This document shows, in pieces, positions 26,687 to 36,751 of a stretch of 64,000 bases of DNA. The position numbers and the translations under genes are program-made. Source of the stretch: a virus (lineage: Duplodnaviria > Caudoviricetes); the IMG/VR virus record IMGVR_UViG_3300027734_003164, positions 32,001-96,000 of that record; one strand, 5' to 3'. Below the pieces are notes generated by a model, which was not told the DNA's origin, did not search any database, and worked only from the letters and a program-made list of their open reading frames with translations. Numbering within the stretch: the stretch's first letter is position 1; every line of letters begins with the position of its first letter.

Positions 26687-26816
26687 GTGATATATATTTT
26701 ACTGTATTTCCTAAACTAAATCCCAAATCCCAAGCATCAATAACCTTGATGGCTTCGTATTCATTATTTTTTCCTCCATAATGTTCTGGATGATTTACCT
26801 GTTCTTTATTTTCCAT
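26583..26816 (-). CDS. DUF3310/SaV-like protein
   Basis: VNHPEHYG..GFSLGNTVKYISRAGKK..EDLRKALWYL. Confidence 0.85.
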   Translation of the reverse strand: MENKEQVNHPEHYGGKNNEYEAIKVIDAWDLGFSLGNTVKYISRAGKKRKDKELEDLRKALWYLQHHIETLEKENRS

Positions 26817-26817
26817 T

Positions 26818-27168
26818 CTATTTCCAAAATAATTGTATTATTAAAATTCCTATCGCCAAAATTAAACAAACTATGGTTTTAAGTGTTAGTGGTTCTTTAA
26901 AAATTAACCAACTTAACCATGTAAAAACAACCGCCCCAACACTAAACCCAATCAACCTTGAAGGCCACATTTGACCATTAAACGCTATTATCATGTTTTT
27001 TACAGAATACATAAATAACATAGATATTGGTATTCCCATCAACACGGTTAACCAATAATTATTTTTTATCCATTCATATTTTAAAGGTCCTTGAAGTTGA
27101 AAGAATGTTGACACTTGAGCTAAAAAACCAAAGAAAATCCCCACTAATAACGCCCATCCATTAACCAT
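26818..27168 (-). CDS. Four-TM membrane protein
   Basis: Four hydrophobic segments. Confidence 0.7.
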   Translation of the reverse strand: MVNGWALLVGIFFGFLAQVSTFFQLQGPLKYEWIKNNYWLTVLMGIPISMLFMYSVKNMIIAFNGQMWPSRLIGFSVGAVVFTWLSWLIFKEPLTLKTIVCLILAIGILIIQLFWK

Positions 27169-28286
27169 TATTCCTCTTCTCTGTATTCTTTTAACAACTC
27201 TTCATTTGTAACTGTTCCGTATTTACCGCTCAGTTCATCTACGTTTATTTTGGTATTCATTTTCATGGTAATCTCCATTAATGTTTCCGTACTTTTAAGT
27301 GATTTTATAATTTCTAAAACAACTTTATATGAATCAGCGTTAGATGCCGGTCTTCTATCTTCAATATACCCTTTCCAATTTTCGGCGGTTGATTTTGGGA
27401 TTCTAATTGATGCCCCTCTATCACCAACACCATAACTATATTTTTCAATTGATTGTGTTTCGTGTTTTCCTGTAAGTCTTAAATTATTTTCAGAACCATA
27501 ATTTTTAATATGGTCATGATGTCTCGAACCAAATGTATTGAAAATTGCCTGAAAATATTCATATCCACCTAGTGTTCTCATTCTTTCATTTGAAAAATTG
27601 GTATGCATCCCTGAACCATTCCAGTCACCTTTAATTGGTTTTGGATGTAAAATTATTTCATAGTTGTACTTTTCTGAAAGTCTATGTAAAAAATATCTTG
27701 TCATCCATAAATCATCGGCAGCCTTTAAACTTCCTTTAGAAAAAACTTGGTATTCCCATTGTCCTAATGCGACTTCAGCATTAATACCTGTTATTTCCAT
27801 ACCATACATTAAACATAACGCCATGTGTTCCTCAGCAAAACCCCTTCCAACAACATTATGTCCAACTCCACAATAATATTTTCCTTGGGGTTCTAAATGT
27901 GGGGTTTCGTGGCCTAAGATATTATTTGTTTTTGAATTTTTAATAAAATATTCTTGTTCGAAACCAAACCACAAATCTTCTTGGTTTTCAACTTTTGACC
28001 TAATGTTTGATTCGTCGGGTGTACCGTCTGAATTTAATACTTCACATAAAACATATACCCTGCTATTTTCTAAAGGAAAAGATTTTTGAGTATAATATCT
28101 TACAGGTTTTAATATTTTATCTGAATTTTCTGTGTTTGCTTGATTTGTTGATGACCCATCGAAACTCCATTCTGGAAATTTGAACTCATTCACATTTGTA
28201 TTAATTTCTTCAACTTTTACTTTACTTCTAAGGTTTGGTTCTGGAGTATATCCATCTAACCATACATATTCTAAGGTTACTTTCAT
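27168..28286 (-). CDS. glnII: Glutamine synthetase, type II
   Basis: WSFDGSST, WFGFEQEY, NAEVALGQWEYQ, GDWNGSGMHTNFS, RLTGKHET, DRGASIRIP, EDRRPASN. Confidence 0.92.
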   Translation of the reverse strand: MKVTLEYVWLDGYTPEPNLRSKVKVEEINTNVNEFKFPEWSFDGSSTNQANTENSDKILKPVRYYTQKSFPLENSRVYVLCEVLNSDGTPDESNIRSKVENQEDLWFGFEQEYFIKNSKTNNILGHETPHLEPQGKYYCGVGHNVVGRGFAEEHMALCLMYGMEITGINAEVALGQWEYQVFSKGSLKAADDLWMTRYFLHRLSEKYNYEIILHPKPIKGDWNGSGMHTNFSNERMRTLGGYEYFQAIFNTFGSRHHDHIKNYGSENNLRLTGKHETQSIEKYSYGVGDRGASIRIPKSTAENWKGYIEDRRPASNADSYKVVLEIIKSLKSTETLMEITMKMNTKINVDELSGKYGTVTNEELLKEYREEE

Positions 28287-28465
28287 TTATTTTTATTTAT
28301 ATATTCAATTATTGTTTTTTCATTTGCCCCATCCTTGAATAATCTGTAAACTTCTTCAGAAAACTTATCCGTTATAAAAAGTGCGTCTGCTTGAAGATAC
28401 TCAATTATATGATGTTGATTTTTTAAAATTTGTTCTTTGTTAAGAAATCTTTTATTAAATCCCAT
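28283..28465 (-). CDS. Hypothetical protein
   Basis: Overlap-coupled ORF. Confidence 0.6.
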   Translation of the reverse strand: MGFNKRFLNKEQILKNQHHIIEYLQADALFITDKFSEEVYRLFKDGANEKTIIEYINKNK

Positions 28466-28600
28466 TACTCTTTTTACTTTTTAAGTTTAACAAAAAGGTT
28501 CTCACTTGGTTTCCTAAATCTAAGTCGTTAGGGTACTTTTTGACCATACTTTTAATCTCTTTAATGATTTCTTTTTTTTTCATATCAATAGTATAGTTTA

Positions 28601-29350
28601 TTAAATTGTTTTTGTCAAATTAACCTTATTTATAATTTTAGATTGTTGTATAAAGTTTAACAATTTTCTTTTGGTCAAAGGAATCAATGTCTCATTGAAT
28701 GGAAAATTATCGTCGTGATTTACTTTGAATAGTATAAGTTCTCTATGAACTTCTTCACTACTTAAATTTTTAATTAAAGTTTTTTTGTTTTCAAATAACT
28801 CCGAAGTAATTTCTTGGTTTTCAATCTCACATATTTTTTTAATGTAGCATTTAACATCAGGAAAATCCTTTTTAATTTCTTTAATTACAAATTCGTATAA
28901 GTAATTTTTTTCTTTGTTTCTAATTATAAAAAGTCCTTGTTTGTTTTCAATTTTTTTTGGGTTCTTTAATACAGTTAATGAAATACTATCATTCACCAAC
29001 TCCCAAATTGCCTTTGCATGGTCAAAAAAGTTTTGTAATTTCTCTGATGAATATTTGCTTATTCTATATAATTCTAAGATTTCTTGACCAGTCATTGGTG
29101 GTATTTCTTGACTAACTAAATCTGATAATAAAATTTCTTCATCTTTTTCTTTTAATTTTTTTGTCAATGACAGATATTGACCTTTTTGTAACACTAAATT
29201 TATATTAGCCAAATGAAGTGACAACAATTGAAAATTTGGATAAAGTTTAAAATCGTTTAACTCTTTTTCAATTTTTTGTAAATACCCTAATAAAATATAT
29301 TGTTTGTGTTCAAAATCTACTGGCTCTTGAAATACCCAATTTGTCTCCAT
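28601..29350 (-). CDS. Hypothetical protein
   Basis: 249-aa ORF. Confidence 0.75.
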   Translation of the reverse strand: METNWVFQEPVDFEHKQYILLGYLQKIEKELNDFKLYPNFQLLSLHLANINLVLQKGQYLSLTKKLKEKDEEILLSDLVSQEIPPMTGQEILELYRISKYSSEKLQNFFDHAKAIWELVNDSISLTVLKNPKKIENKQGLFIIRNKEKNYLYEFVIKEIKKDFPDVKCYIKKICEIENQEITSELFENKKTLIKNLSSEEVHRELILFKVNHDDNFPFNETLIPLTKRKLLNFIQQSKIINKVNLTKTI

Positions 29351-29389
29351 GTATAAAAAATAAGAAAAATATGTTGGTCAGTAAATAAA

Positions 29390-30589
29390 TTAATTATATC
29401 TCATTACAATAAATGGCTCTCCATTTACATAAATTTCATCGTGGTCACCGTCATAACTACCTAAAATATCACCCCAAGAATCATTATCAATTATATAATC
29501 TATTACAGCCTCCGTATCAACATAATACAAAATTTCATTTTTATCAAATCCTTGGTCAGATAAAAATGAAACAAATTCATCTTCATTATCGTCAACATAA
29601 GATTCAATTGCCGATTCTATTTCGTCTTCGTTGTAATCACCTTCTGGGTTTTCTTCAACGTCTTTAATTAATTCTGTTATATCATCAATTTCTTCTTGGA
29701 TGTTATTTTCGGTTTCGTCATCTAAATCTTCATTATTTATTCTTTGTTCTAATTTTTCAATTTTTTGTTTGTATATATTTACAATTTTTTCTTGTTGTTG
29801 TGTCAAATCTTTTTTAATTCCCCAGTTTTCAGGGTCATCATAAAATGATTCTGATATATAATCTCTTAAAAAACCCCTAACCGACTCATTATCTAAATGG
29901 TCTTCCCAAACCCAAGAAGCAAATGCTTCATATCCAAGTTCATCTATTCTTCCCTCGATTGAACGTCTGGCAGCACTTTCTATTTCATCTTCACTAAATA
30001 CCATCCATTCTGTGTCTCTACTTTCTTCACCTAACCAAGTAAAAAAACCACCACCGTAATGTGTGTAATTTTCAGGATAAATAAAATATTTGTCCTCAAG
30101 AACTTCCTCCTCACTAACGCCATCGTCATAATAAGACAATATACGTTGATTTTCTAAATGTTCGTATAACGCCTCTGTTCGGTAGGATATTTTTTTTCCA
30201 TTTTCAATATTCCAATCGTTTTTCTTTCTTAGTTCATCTAAATAATTAAGTTTTTCTTGAAGTATTTTTTGTTGTCTTATATAATATCTTTTACTATACC
30301 AGTCTCTAACGGTTTTAGCTTTACTTTCATCAAAAACATCAACGTCACTATAACTAATATCTAAATTTCCTTCAATTTTAGAAAGTGAGTCAAGATTTTT
30401 AATTTCTTTGTCGTATTGTAAATCTAAATCACCGGTGATTATAATATCTTTATTTTTGTAATATTTTTTTAGTAATGCAACATCACTATTGAAATAGGGC
30501 AAATTTTCTTTAAAGTCTTCAGGTGAAATCCTTATAACATTTTCAATCTGCTCATAAATGACTCTTTTTATAATTTTTTCTAATGACAT
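29390..30589 (-). CDS. Acidic leader-bearing protein
   Basis: MSLEKIIKRVIYEQ leader; short GDLDL/GNLDI repeats; TATTTATA at 30594. Confidence 0.75.
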   Translation of the reverse strand: MSLEKIIKRVIYEQIENVIRISPEDFKENLPYFNSDVALLKKYYKNKDIIITGDLDLQYDKEIKNLDSLSKIEGNLDISYSDVDVFDESKAKTVRDWYSKRYYIRQQKILQEKLNYLDELRKKNDWNIENGKKISYRTEALYEHLENQRILSYYDDGVSEEEVLEDKYFIYPENYTHYGGGFFTWLGEESRDTEWMVFSEDEIESAARRSIEGRIDELGYEAFASWVWEDHLDNESVRGFLRDYISESFYDDPENWGIKKDLTQQQEKIVNIYKQKIEKLEQRINNEDLDDETENNIQEEIDDITELIKDVEENPEGDYNEDEIESAIESYVDDNEDEFVSFLSDQGFDKNEILYYVDTEAVIDYIIDNDSWGDILGSYDGDHDEIYVNGEPFIVMRYN

Positions 30590-30693
30590 ATGTTATAAAT
30601 ATCTAAAAAAAGAATTGATTTATCTTTGAATGAATATAAATTACAATATAAGAAAATATTTATATTAAAATAAACCATTTAAAACTTTAAGTC

Positions 30694-30834
30694 ATGGGAT
30701 GCGGATGTAAAAACAACCAAACACAAACTCAAACACAAACACAGACTCAAACACAAACACAGAGTCAACAAAACACACAGTCTGTTAAGAGTGCAGTTAC
30801 AAAAATTGTTGAAAAGTATTACAACAAAAAATAA
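30694..30834 (+). CDS. 46-aa MGCGC protein with (QT)n tract
   Basis: MGCGCKNNQTQTQTQTQTQTQTQSQQNTQSVKSAVTKIVEKYYNKK; not in the track. Confidence 0.65.
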   Translation: MGCGCKNNQTQTQTQTQTQTQTQSQQNTQSVKSAVTKIVEKYYNKK

Positions 30835-30897
30835 TTACTATTTAACTAAATTTTTTTTTTACATAAGATTGTAAAAATAAAAAGTTAAATATTAATA

Positions 30898-31749
30898 ATG
30901 TCACAAATTGAAATTAATAATCTTTTAGATGGAAAAAGATTATGCAACACACTAGCAAATATTCTTGTAAACAAATTCGAAGAAGTAACTCCTGGATGTA
31001 AGACTGAATTAACGGTTTTTAATCACAGGAGTTTTTTCATTGTTAATGGTTTTACAACGGCCAAACAAACTGTTAATATTCTTGAAAGTTTTAGAAACTA
31101 TTTAAGTGAATTTAAAGATAGTAGGTATGAAACGGTTAAGGTAATTGACATTATTAATTTTGTTGATGTATTAAAAACAAATCCTATCAATTTGAATTTT
31201 ACTTTCGATAAATTATCAAAAAAAGTAGAAAAAAGTCTTTTAGGTTTTGTTGATAACTTTTTTGATAGTGGTGTAAAAATTAATTTAAAATTTGACTACG
31301 ATAATAAAATTATTCTTTTTAACTCTGATTCTGATAATAATGTTTTAAGTAATGTTTTAAGGTTAGACTATCCAAATTATAAATTAATTGAATTTAATTT
31401 TGAAAATTTAGAGTACCATTCTGAAAGAAAATATGGTTTATCTAATGGTATTGAGAAATACTATAGTTTTTTAGGTGATTATATTTCTAACCATATTTTT
31501 GCAAAATCGCTATCAGACAATTTAAGTTTTTCGATTTACAGTGATGAATTATATATCAACATTAATTCAGAAAATATCATTTTTAAAATTAACAATAATA
31601 ATCATGTGGTTAAAACTGAATGGATGGAATCAATGATTTTAGATATATTTCCATTTGACGAAAAATCTTTATCTGATACTTTTGGAAATAAAAATATCGA
31701 AGAAAAAATAGAAGAGTTAGATTTATTAAACGAGATTATTTTATTCTGA
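30898..31749 (+). CDS. Degenerate S-adenosylmethionine synthetase (MetK)-like protein
   Basis: GKRLCNTLANIL..P..FIVNGFTT parallels GHPDKICDQISDAIL..P..VVAGEIT; the catalytic GHPDK and GGGAFSGKD motifs are lost. Confidence 0.5.
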   Translation: MSQIEINNLLDGKRLCNTLANILVNKFEEVTPGCKTELTVFNHRSFFIVNGFTTAKQTVNILESFRNYLSEFKDSRYETVKVIDIINFVDVLKTNPINLNFTFDKLSKKVEKSLLGFVDNFFDSGVKINLKFDYDNKIILFNSDSDNNVLSNVLRLDYPNYKLIEFNFENLEYHSERKYGLSNGIEKYYSFLGDYISNHIFAKSLSDNLSFSIYSDELYININSENIIFKINNNNHVVKTEWMESMILDIFPFDEKSLSDTFGNKNIEEKIEELDLLNEIILF

Positions 31750-32031
31750 TACATAACTATTCGCTAAATTGAAGGCTTCTGTAATGTCTTGATAATCATC
31801 ATCAGGAGCCAACAATTTAACGTCGCTATAGTTTTCGCCAGATTTATCTAATGTCATGAATATCATTGCAGGAACAAATTCATTTTTTTTTGCACTGACA
31901 AATTCTTCGTACTCGTCGGCATATTCAAAAATATCTCTATCGATAAATGCTACTTCATTATTTTGAAATAATTCTTTCAAATCTGTACAATGTGGACACC
32001 CTTTCATTGTAAATAAAACAATAACTTTCAT
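31741..32031 (-). CDS. Glutaredoxin/thioredoxin-like protein
   Basis: FTMKGCPHC; FVPAMIF. Confidence 0.85.
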   Translation of the reverse strand: MKVIVLFTMKGCPHCTDLKELFQNNEVAFIDRDIFEYADEYEEFVSAKKNEFVPAMIFMTLDKSGENYSDVKLLAPDDDYQDITEAFNLANSYVSE

Positions 32032-32369
32032 ATATTATCTATTGTAAAAAATTTATTTAAACCAACCAAAAGAATATCTATTCTTGATAAATCATCAGTC
32101 AGAATGTTTATTTTGTATGTTGATTCATTTTCAACTTTTTGGAAATAAATTAGTACTTGGTTTTTACTCCATCTAATAACTCCCTCTAAATAATAATGTT
32201 TTTGGTCAAATAAGGAATTGGACCATACCACAGTACCTTTTTCCATTAAAGTTATTAATCCTTGAGAAGTTATATTTCTAGTTTTTACGGAGTTGGGTCT
32301 TATACCGCTCTCAAATAAACTATTGAAAGTATCGTATACATAAGAAGGTACAAACTCTATTTTATCCAT
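32028..32369 (-). CDS. Hypothetical protein
   Basis: Coupled ORF. Confidence 0.65.
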   Translation of the reverse strand: MDKIEFVPSYVYDTFNSLFESGIRPNSVKTRNITSQGLITLMEKGTVVWSNSLFDQKHYYLEGVIRWSKNQVLIYFQKVENESTYKINILTDDLSRIDILLVGLNKFFTIDNI

Positions 32370-32391
32370 AGTAAATAAAATAAATATATTA

Positions 32392-34131
32392 TTATGGAAG
32401 TAAATCTTCTACAAAGTCCAAATACTGATAATCTTGATGGTATAAAATATCATTTTGCCAATTCTGTAGTTCAGGTGTTGGGTAATTCCAATGTGGAGTC
32501 ATCGCAATTACTCTAGTCCCTTCGTGTTCCAAACTTTTGAATGTCGACTCTTGCTCAACAGTTTTACCATTACGATACTTTTTAACCATTTTTGGTAATT
32601 TTAAAGTTCCGAGTTTGTAAAGTAAGTTAATATTTGCAAGTTGAATTTTAGCGACTTGTGAAAACTCTAACGATGGTGTTTCATTAAATCTAGCTCTTTC
32701 TTGAACATTCAATATTTCATCTATTTTGTATCTATATTCCACAGTTATTCTATCGTCACCATCTGTTGAGTCTTTACGAATTGAGAATATTAAACAATCT
32801 GGTCTTTCTGAATACCCTCGAACACAATTTCGTTGGTGTTGTGATTCTTTTTCATAGTCCGCAGTTTTTCTTAAAAGAACAGGATAATATGTTTCACCTT
32901 CGTGTTCGATTGGTGTTTCTAAACTATCTACATCACCATAGAATCTTTCAACTTCACCTTTTCTGTACGATTGTAAAAGGCGACTGAACTCTTCATGTTC
33001 TAAATTAAAACTACTAATGTTTGTGAATTTGAATTTAACATCTTCTCCAAGATTCATTAAATTTTTTTTCATCTCTAAATGGTCAATTAAAGTTCTCCAT
33101 TTATAATGGTCAAAATATGGCATCAAATCTAAAATTCTATCTTTTTCTTTTGGAGTTAAAGGAACTAATGTTCTACTCAAGAAATATTGATTAAATTGTT
33201 CTTTATCTGAATAAAAACATTCAAAAGACCCACCCATTTGATTCATTTCCATTGGCATTGTCTCATCACCATAGTATGATTGAAATACTTTGTTTTCAAT
33301 TTTGTTAAACCTATCAATTCCCAAAAGATTATATGTTAGATACAATCTATCAAAATCAATCCATTCCATTTCATTAAAAATCTGTTTAACTTTTGACCCT
33401 TTTAAATTTAGTTTTTTCATTATTGAATCAACCAAATTCATATTTGATGATTTTAAATCTTTCTTTGGAATAAAAAAATAAGTGAATTTTTTCCAACTGT
33501 TTGGAATTTTAATTCCATTGACCAAATAATATGTTAAACTATAAAATGACTCCGGTGAATCCCACTTAAAATCCTGTGGATTTTCAATTCCTAATTTATC
33601 CCATATTTTTTCTAAAAAGAAAATAAAATGATTTTCAGGTTTTACGCTTTCATCAACATGAACACTTCTTAAAAAACTTCGAACCGCAACATAAGTTGGA
33701 TTAACTTTCATGCGAGCTCCCATTTTTTGTTTTTTCTTTGTGATAAATGTTCCTGAGTAGAACAATTTAGTTTTGAAATTAAATGAAAAATATTCTGTTG
33801 TTTTTCTTTCAACAAAAAACTTACCTCCGACTCTTCTTTGCTTTGTATATAATTGATACTTTAAGGAAATTTTATTTTCACTTTCTTCGATAAAAAATCT
33901 ATATCTTATTCTAAATACCGACGCGCAAGGGTTCCCGTAATGTTTAACAAAATCATCCTCAGAAAATAGTTGGGTGTCGGTATAAAACTTTTCTTTGTTT
34001 TTTGTAAAATGAACTGACTCATAACTGTTATTATGTTTTGAGTCAATATCACAGAAGTTTTTATAAAGTTCAACTCTGTAATTCTTTTTTTCAATAAACT
34101 TATGAAATGTTTTTCCTTCTACTTCTAACAT
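32392..34131 (-). CDS. PcfJ-like domain protein
   Basis: C-terminal EKESQHQRNCVRGY..IFSIRK..RITVEY; promoter at 34134. Confidence 0.65.
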   Translation of the reverse strand: MLEVEGKTFHKFIEKKNYRVELYKNFCDIDSKHNNSYESVHFTKNKEKFYTDTQLFSEDDFVKHYGNPCASVFRIRYRFFIEESENKISLKYQLYTKQRRVGGKFFVERKTTEYFSFNFKTKLFYSGTFITKKKQKMGARMKVNPTYVAVRSFLRSVHVDESVKPENHFIFFLEKIWDKLGIENPQDFKWDSPESFYSLTYYLVNGIKIPNSWKKFTYFFIPKKDLKSSNMNLVDSIMKKLNLKGSKVKQIFNEMEWIDFDRLYLTYNLLGIDRFNKIENKVFQSYYGDETMPMEMNQMGGSFECFYSDKEQFNQYFLSRTLVPLTPKEKDRILDLMPYFDHYKWRTLIDHLEMKKNLMNLGEDVKFKFTNISSFNLEHEEFSRLLQSYRKGEVERFYGDVDSLETPIEHEGETYYPVLLRKTADYEKESQHQRNCVRGYSERPDCLIFSIRKDSTDGDDRITVEYRYKIDEILNVQERARFNETPSLEFSQVAKIQLANINLLYKLGTLKLPKMVKKYRNGKTVEQESTFKSLEHEGTRVIAMTPHWNYPTPELQNWQNDILYHQDYQYLDFVEDLLP

Positions 34132-34166
34132 AGTACAAAGATAAATAAATTTTGGAAATTAAAAAA

Positions 34167-34454
34167 CTAATTCAATGAAATTTTTCCCATATGGTGGTCC
34201 ATAAAATTGGAAACCACATTATTTAAGGTGTTTTTTTTAACCTTATTTTGAATTTCTAAAATCACCTGAATCATCTGATTTCTTGTTGGTGCTATTTCTT
34301 TTTCTTCTTTTTGGTTTTTTTCGGCAATTTCTCTAATTTTTTGATAAAACTTTGAGCCGTCATTGTCACCAATTAATAGCTTGAGTTGGTCAGGGTTTTG
34401 TGTAAAAAACTTGACAAGGGTTGTCATGTAAATTTCTATATCGACATTATTCAT
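34167..34454 (-). CDS. Hypothetical protein
   Basis: 95-aa ORF. Confidence 0.65.
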   Translation of the reverse strand: MNNVDIEIYMTTLVKFFTQNPDQLKLLIGDNDGSKFYQKIREIAEKNQKEEKEIAPTRNQMIQVILEIQNKVKKNTLNNVVSNFMDHHMGKISLN

Positions 34455-34493
34455 ATGACAAATTTAATAAAAATAATTTATTCAGTAAAATTA

Positions 34494-35858
34494 TTAAAGA
34501 AAAATATGTAAGTCAGATTCTTCAGGTAAATCTTTTAAGTCTTCAGGTAATGCGTTTGAATTACTATTTTTTAAATTAATAATAGACAACTTAGGAAGGT
34601 CTTTGATACAGTCTGGTAATCTCTGTAAATTAGGATTGTCAGGTAGTGATAAAAACTGTAACTTATTTAAATTACATACCGATGGTGGTATTGTGGCAAC
34701 ACAACCAACAAAGTGAATTGCTGTTAAATCTGTAAAATTACCAATTGTATCAGGTATATTTAAATCCAATTTTGAACTTTTAGCAATAAACTCAAGTCTT
34801 GTTATGTTTTTAGGTAATGTTGTGAAAAATTCATCAAACCCATAAAGTGCAATAAATTTAGATGCTGAATCACTTGGATATTGTACAGAAACTTTTGTTC
34901 CTCCTGCAGTAGATAAACCTTTCATAAACTCAAATTTAAAGTATTCTTTCAAACCTTCTTCATTAGTATTTAAAAAGTCAACTAAATCAATTTGTCTATC
35001 TGCTGGGTCCATAAATTGATTAGATGGGAAGTGGAATTGGTACCTATACGCCGGAAGTCCAGAAACTTCACCATATTCTTTATCGGCGGTATACTTCATT
35101 CCTGAATTTGGTATAACCACATATAAAGGTCCATCCTTGATGTATCTATCAAACCAAGTAAGACCTGGTGATGATGTACACCATCTTGTTTCACCTTTAC
35201 CAGGTTCTTGATATGAACCTCCGTAGAAACATGCGGCATCTTTACCTAATTTACCGGTGTCTGAAATTCTTGCAACTGTCCAATTTTGACCTCTATAAAC
35301 AATATCAGCTCCAGGGTGAGCGTAAGTTTTAGAAGCTTCTTTCTTTTCAGTCGCACTTGCTTTAGTTTTTTCTAAACTAAAATCTTTAACATAATCATAT
35401 AATGTCTCAGGTGTTAATTTATTAATATCTCTTGCTTCTTGAGGTAGTCTATTTTTAAATCTTTCAAACTTTTGTAAGTCTCCAGTTACTTTATACAAGT
35501 CTTCTAAGAATAAATCTTGGTATTGTTTAAGTGCTGATTTATATTGTCCTGATTGTGGGTCAGAAACCATTAGTGGGTGGTCTGATGGTAATTTAGGTGT
35601 CACAAAGTTTTTCAACAACCACTGAGCGTACTTACCAATTTTTACCTTTTCCATATCTTCAGGTTTCACTGAATCAATATCCATACCTTCAGGAACTCTT
35701 GTTGTTGGGTCGGCAGCAATTAATGCAAATAAAGTTTCAAAAGGCATAATACCTTTTTGCCCCCTTTCTTTTGGTTTAACAAATTTGTCAAATAAAACTT
35801 GAAATCTTGAACTTTCAACTATTATGTCTCGTAATATATTAGTAAATCTAATCGCCAT
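34494..35858 (-). CDS. Leader-bearing protein with TRWCTS domain and C-terminal leucine-rich repeats
   Basis: IPDTIGNFTDL, IPPSVCNLNKLQFLSL, LPDCIKDLPKLSIINL; TATTTATA at 35874. Confidence 0.75.
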   Translation of the reverse strand: MAIRFTNILRDIIVESSRFQVLFDKFVKPKERGQKGIMPFETLFALIAADPTTRVPEGMDIDSVKPEDMEKVKIGKYAQWLLKNFVTPKLPSDHPLMVSDPQSGQYKSALKQYQDLFLEDLYKVTGDLQKFERFKNRLPQEARDINKLTPETLYDYVKDFSLEKTKASATEKKEASKTYAHPGADIVYRGQNWTVARISDTGKLGKDAACFYGGSYQEPGKGETRWCTSSPGLTWFDRYIKDGPLYVVIPNSGMKYTADKEYGEVSGLPAYRYQFHFPSNQFMDPADRQIDLVDFLNTNEEGLKEYFKFEFMKGLSTAGGTKVSVQYPSDSASKFIALYGFDEFFTTLPKNITRLEFIAKSSKLDLNIPDTIGNFTDLTAIHFVGCVATIPPSVCNLNKLQFLSLPDNPNLQRLPDCIKDLPKLSIINLKNSNSNALPEDLKDLPEESDLHIFL

Positions 35859-35906
35859 CTTTTTAATTTTATATATAAATATTGCAAATTTTAAAAAAAA
35901 TAAAAC

Positions 35907-36746
35907 TTAGTAGTTCATAATGAGTAATTCTTCACCCATATTTTGTTTTTCTCCTTTCTTGGCGGCGGCAGCTTTTGCAAACTCTTTTTTAACCCAATTG
36001 TATTGGTCTTCAGGAAACCACTGATGTAATAAGTCAAAATCGTAATATGATAATGAAAATTTACCCTGAACATTATGTAAAACATTTGCCAATCTTTCGT
36101 GGTCTTGTCTATCAAAATCATGATTAGAGTAGTAATTCTCAGTTTTCCAATAAGGTGGGTCCAAATAGATGTAAGTGGATGGTGAGTCGTATTTATTAAT
36201 AACGTCAGCAAAATCCATATTTTCTACATCTGTAATCTTTAAAAAATGGTCTACCCAATCAGGTTTTGATAACTTATCTCTAAAGGTAAGATATTTTGAT
36301 TTATACTTCCCTTTAAGGTCAATAAAGTTAGATGTTTCAGGTTTTGACCCACTAAATACTTGTGTTAGAATATAAACGTATTTGGCTGCAACCTCGTAAT
36401 CGCCAGGTTCTACGCTGAAACCTTCATTAAAAACTTCAGCCTGAAAGCTTACAAATTGATTTCTATAAATCTCAGGAGTGATGTCCACACCTTGTTTTTG
36501 ACAATCAATAGAGTTAATTGCTCGTAACAATTCAGTTGGGTTTTGAACACACTTGAATAGATTATAGTTCAGTGGATTAAAATCATTATAAACCACTTTT
36601 TTAAGATTCGGGAACTGTTTTAGGTCCATATTATAGAAACACCAAAACATTCCTCCAAAAGTCTCTAAATAGACCTCCATATTTTTATCGTAGAAAGGGA
36701 CTATCCACTTTCCAATTTTACTCTTACCGCCAATGTATGAAACCAA
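35907..36746 (-). CDS. Dam-like (D12 class) DNA adenine methyltransferase
   Basis: SYIGGKS, YLETFGG, YNDFN, YLDPPY; TTG start. Confidence 0.9.
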   Translation of the reverse strand: MVSYIGGKSKIGKWIVPFYDKNMEVYLETFGGMFWCFYNMDLKQFPNLKKVVYNDFNPLNYNLFKCVQNPTELLRAINSIDCQKQGVDITPEIYRNQFVSFQAEVFNEGFSVEPGDYEVAAKYVYILTQVFSGSKPETSNFIDLKGKYKSKYLTFRDKLSKPDWVDHFLKITDVENMDFADVINKYDSPSTYIYLDPPYWKTENYYSNHDFDRQDHERLANVLHNVQGKFSLSYYDFDLLHQWFPEDQYNWVKKEFAKAAAAKKGEKQNMGEELLIMNY

Positions 36747-36751
36747 AACTA

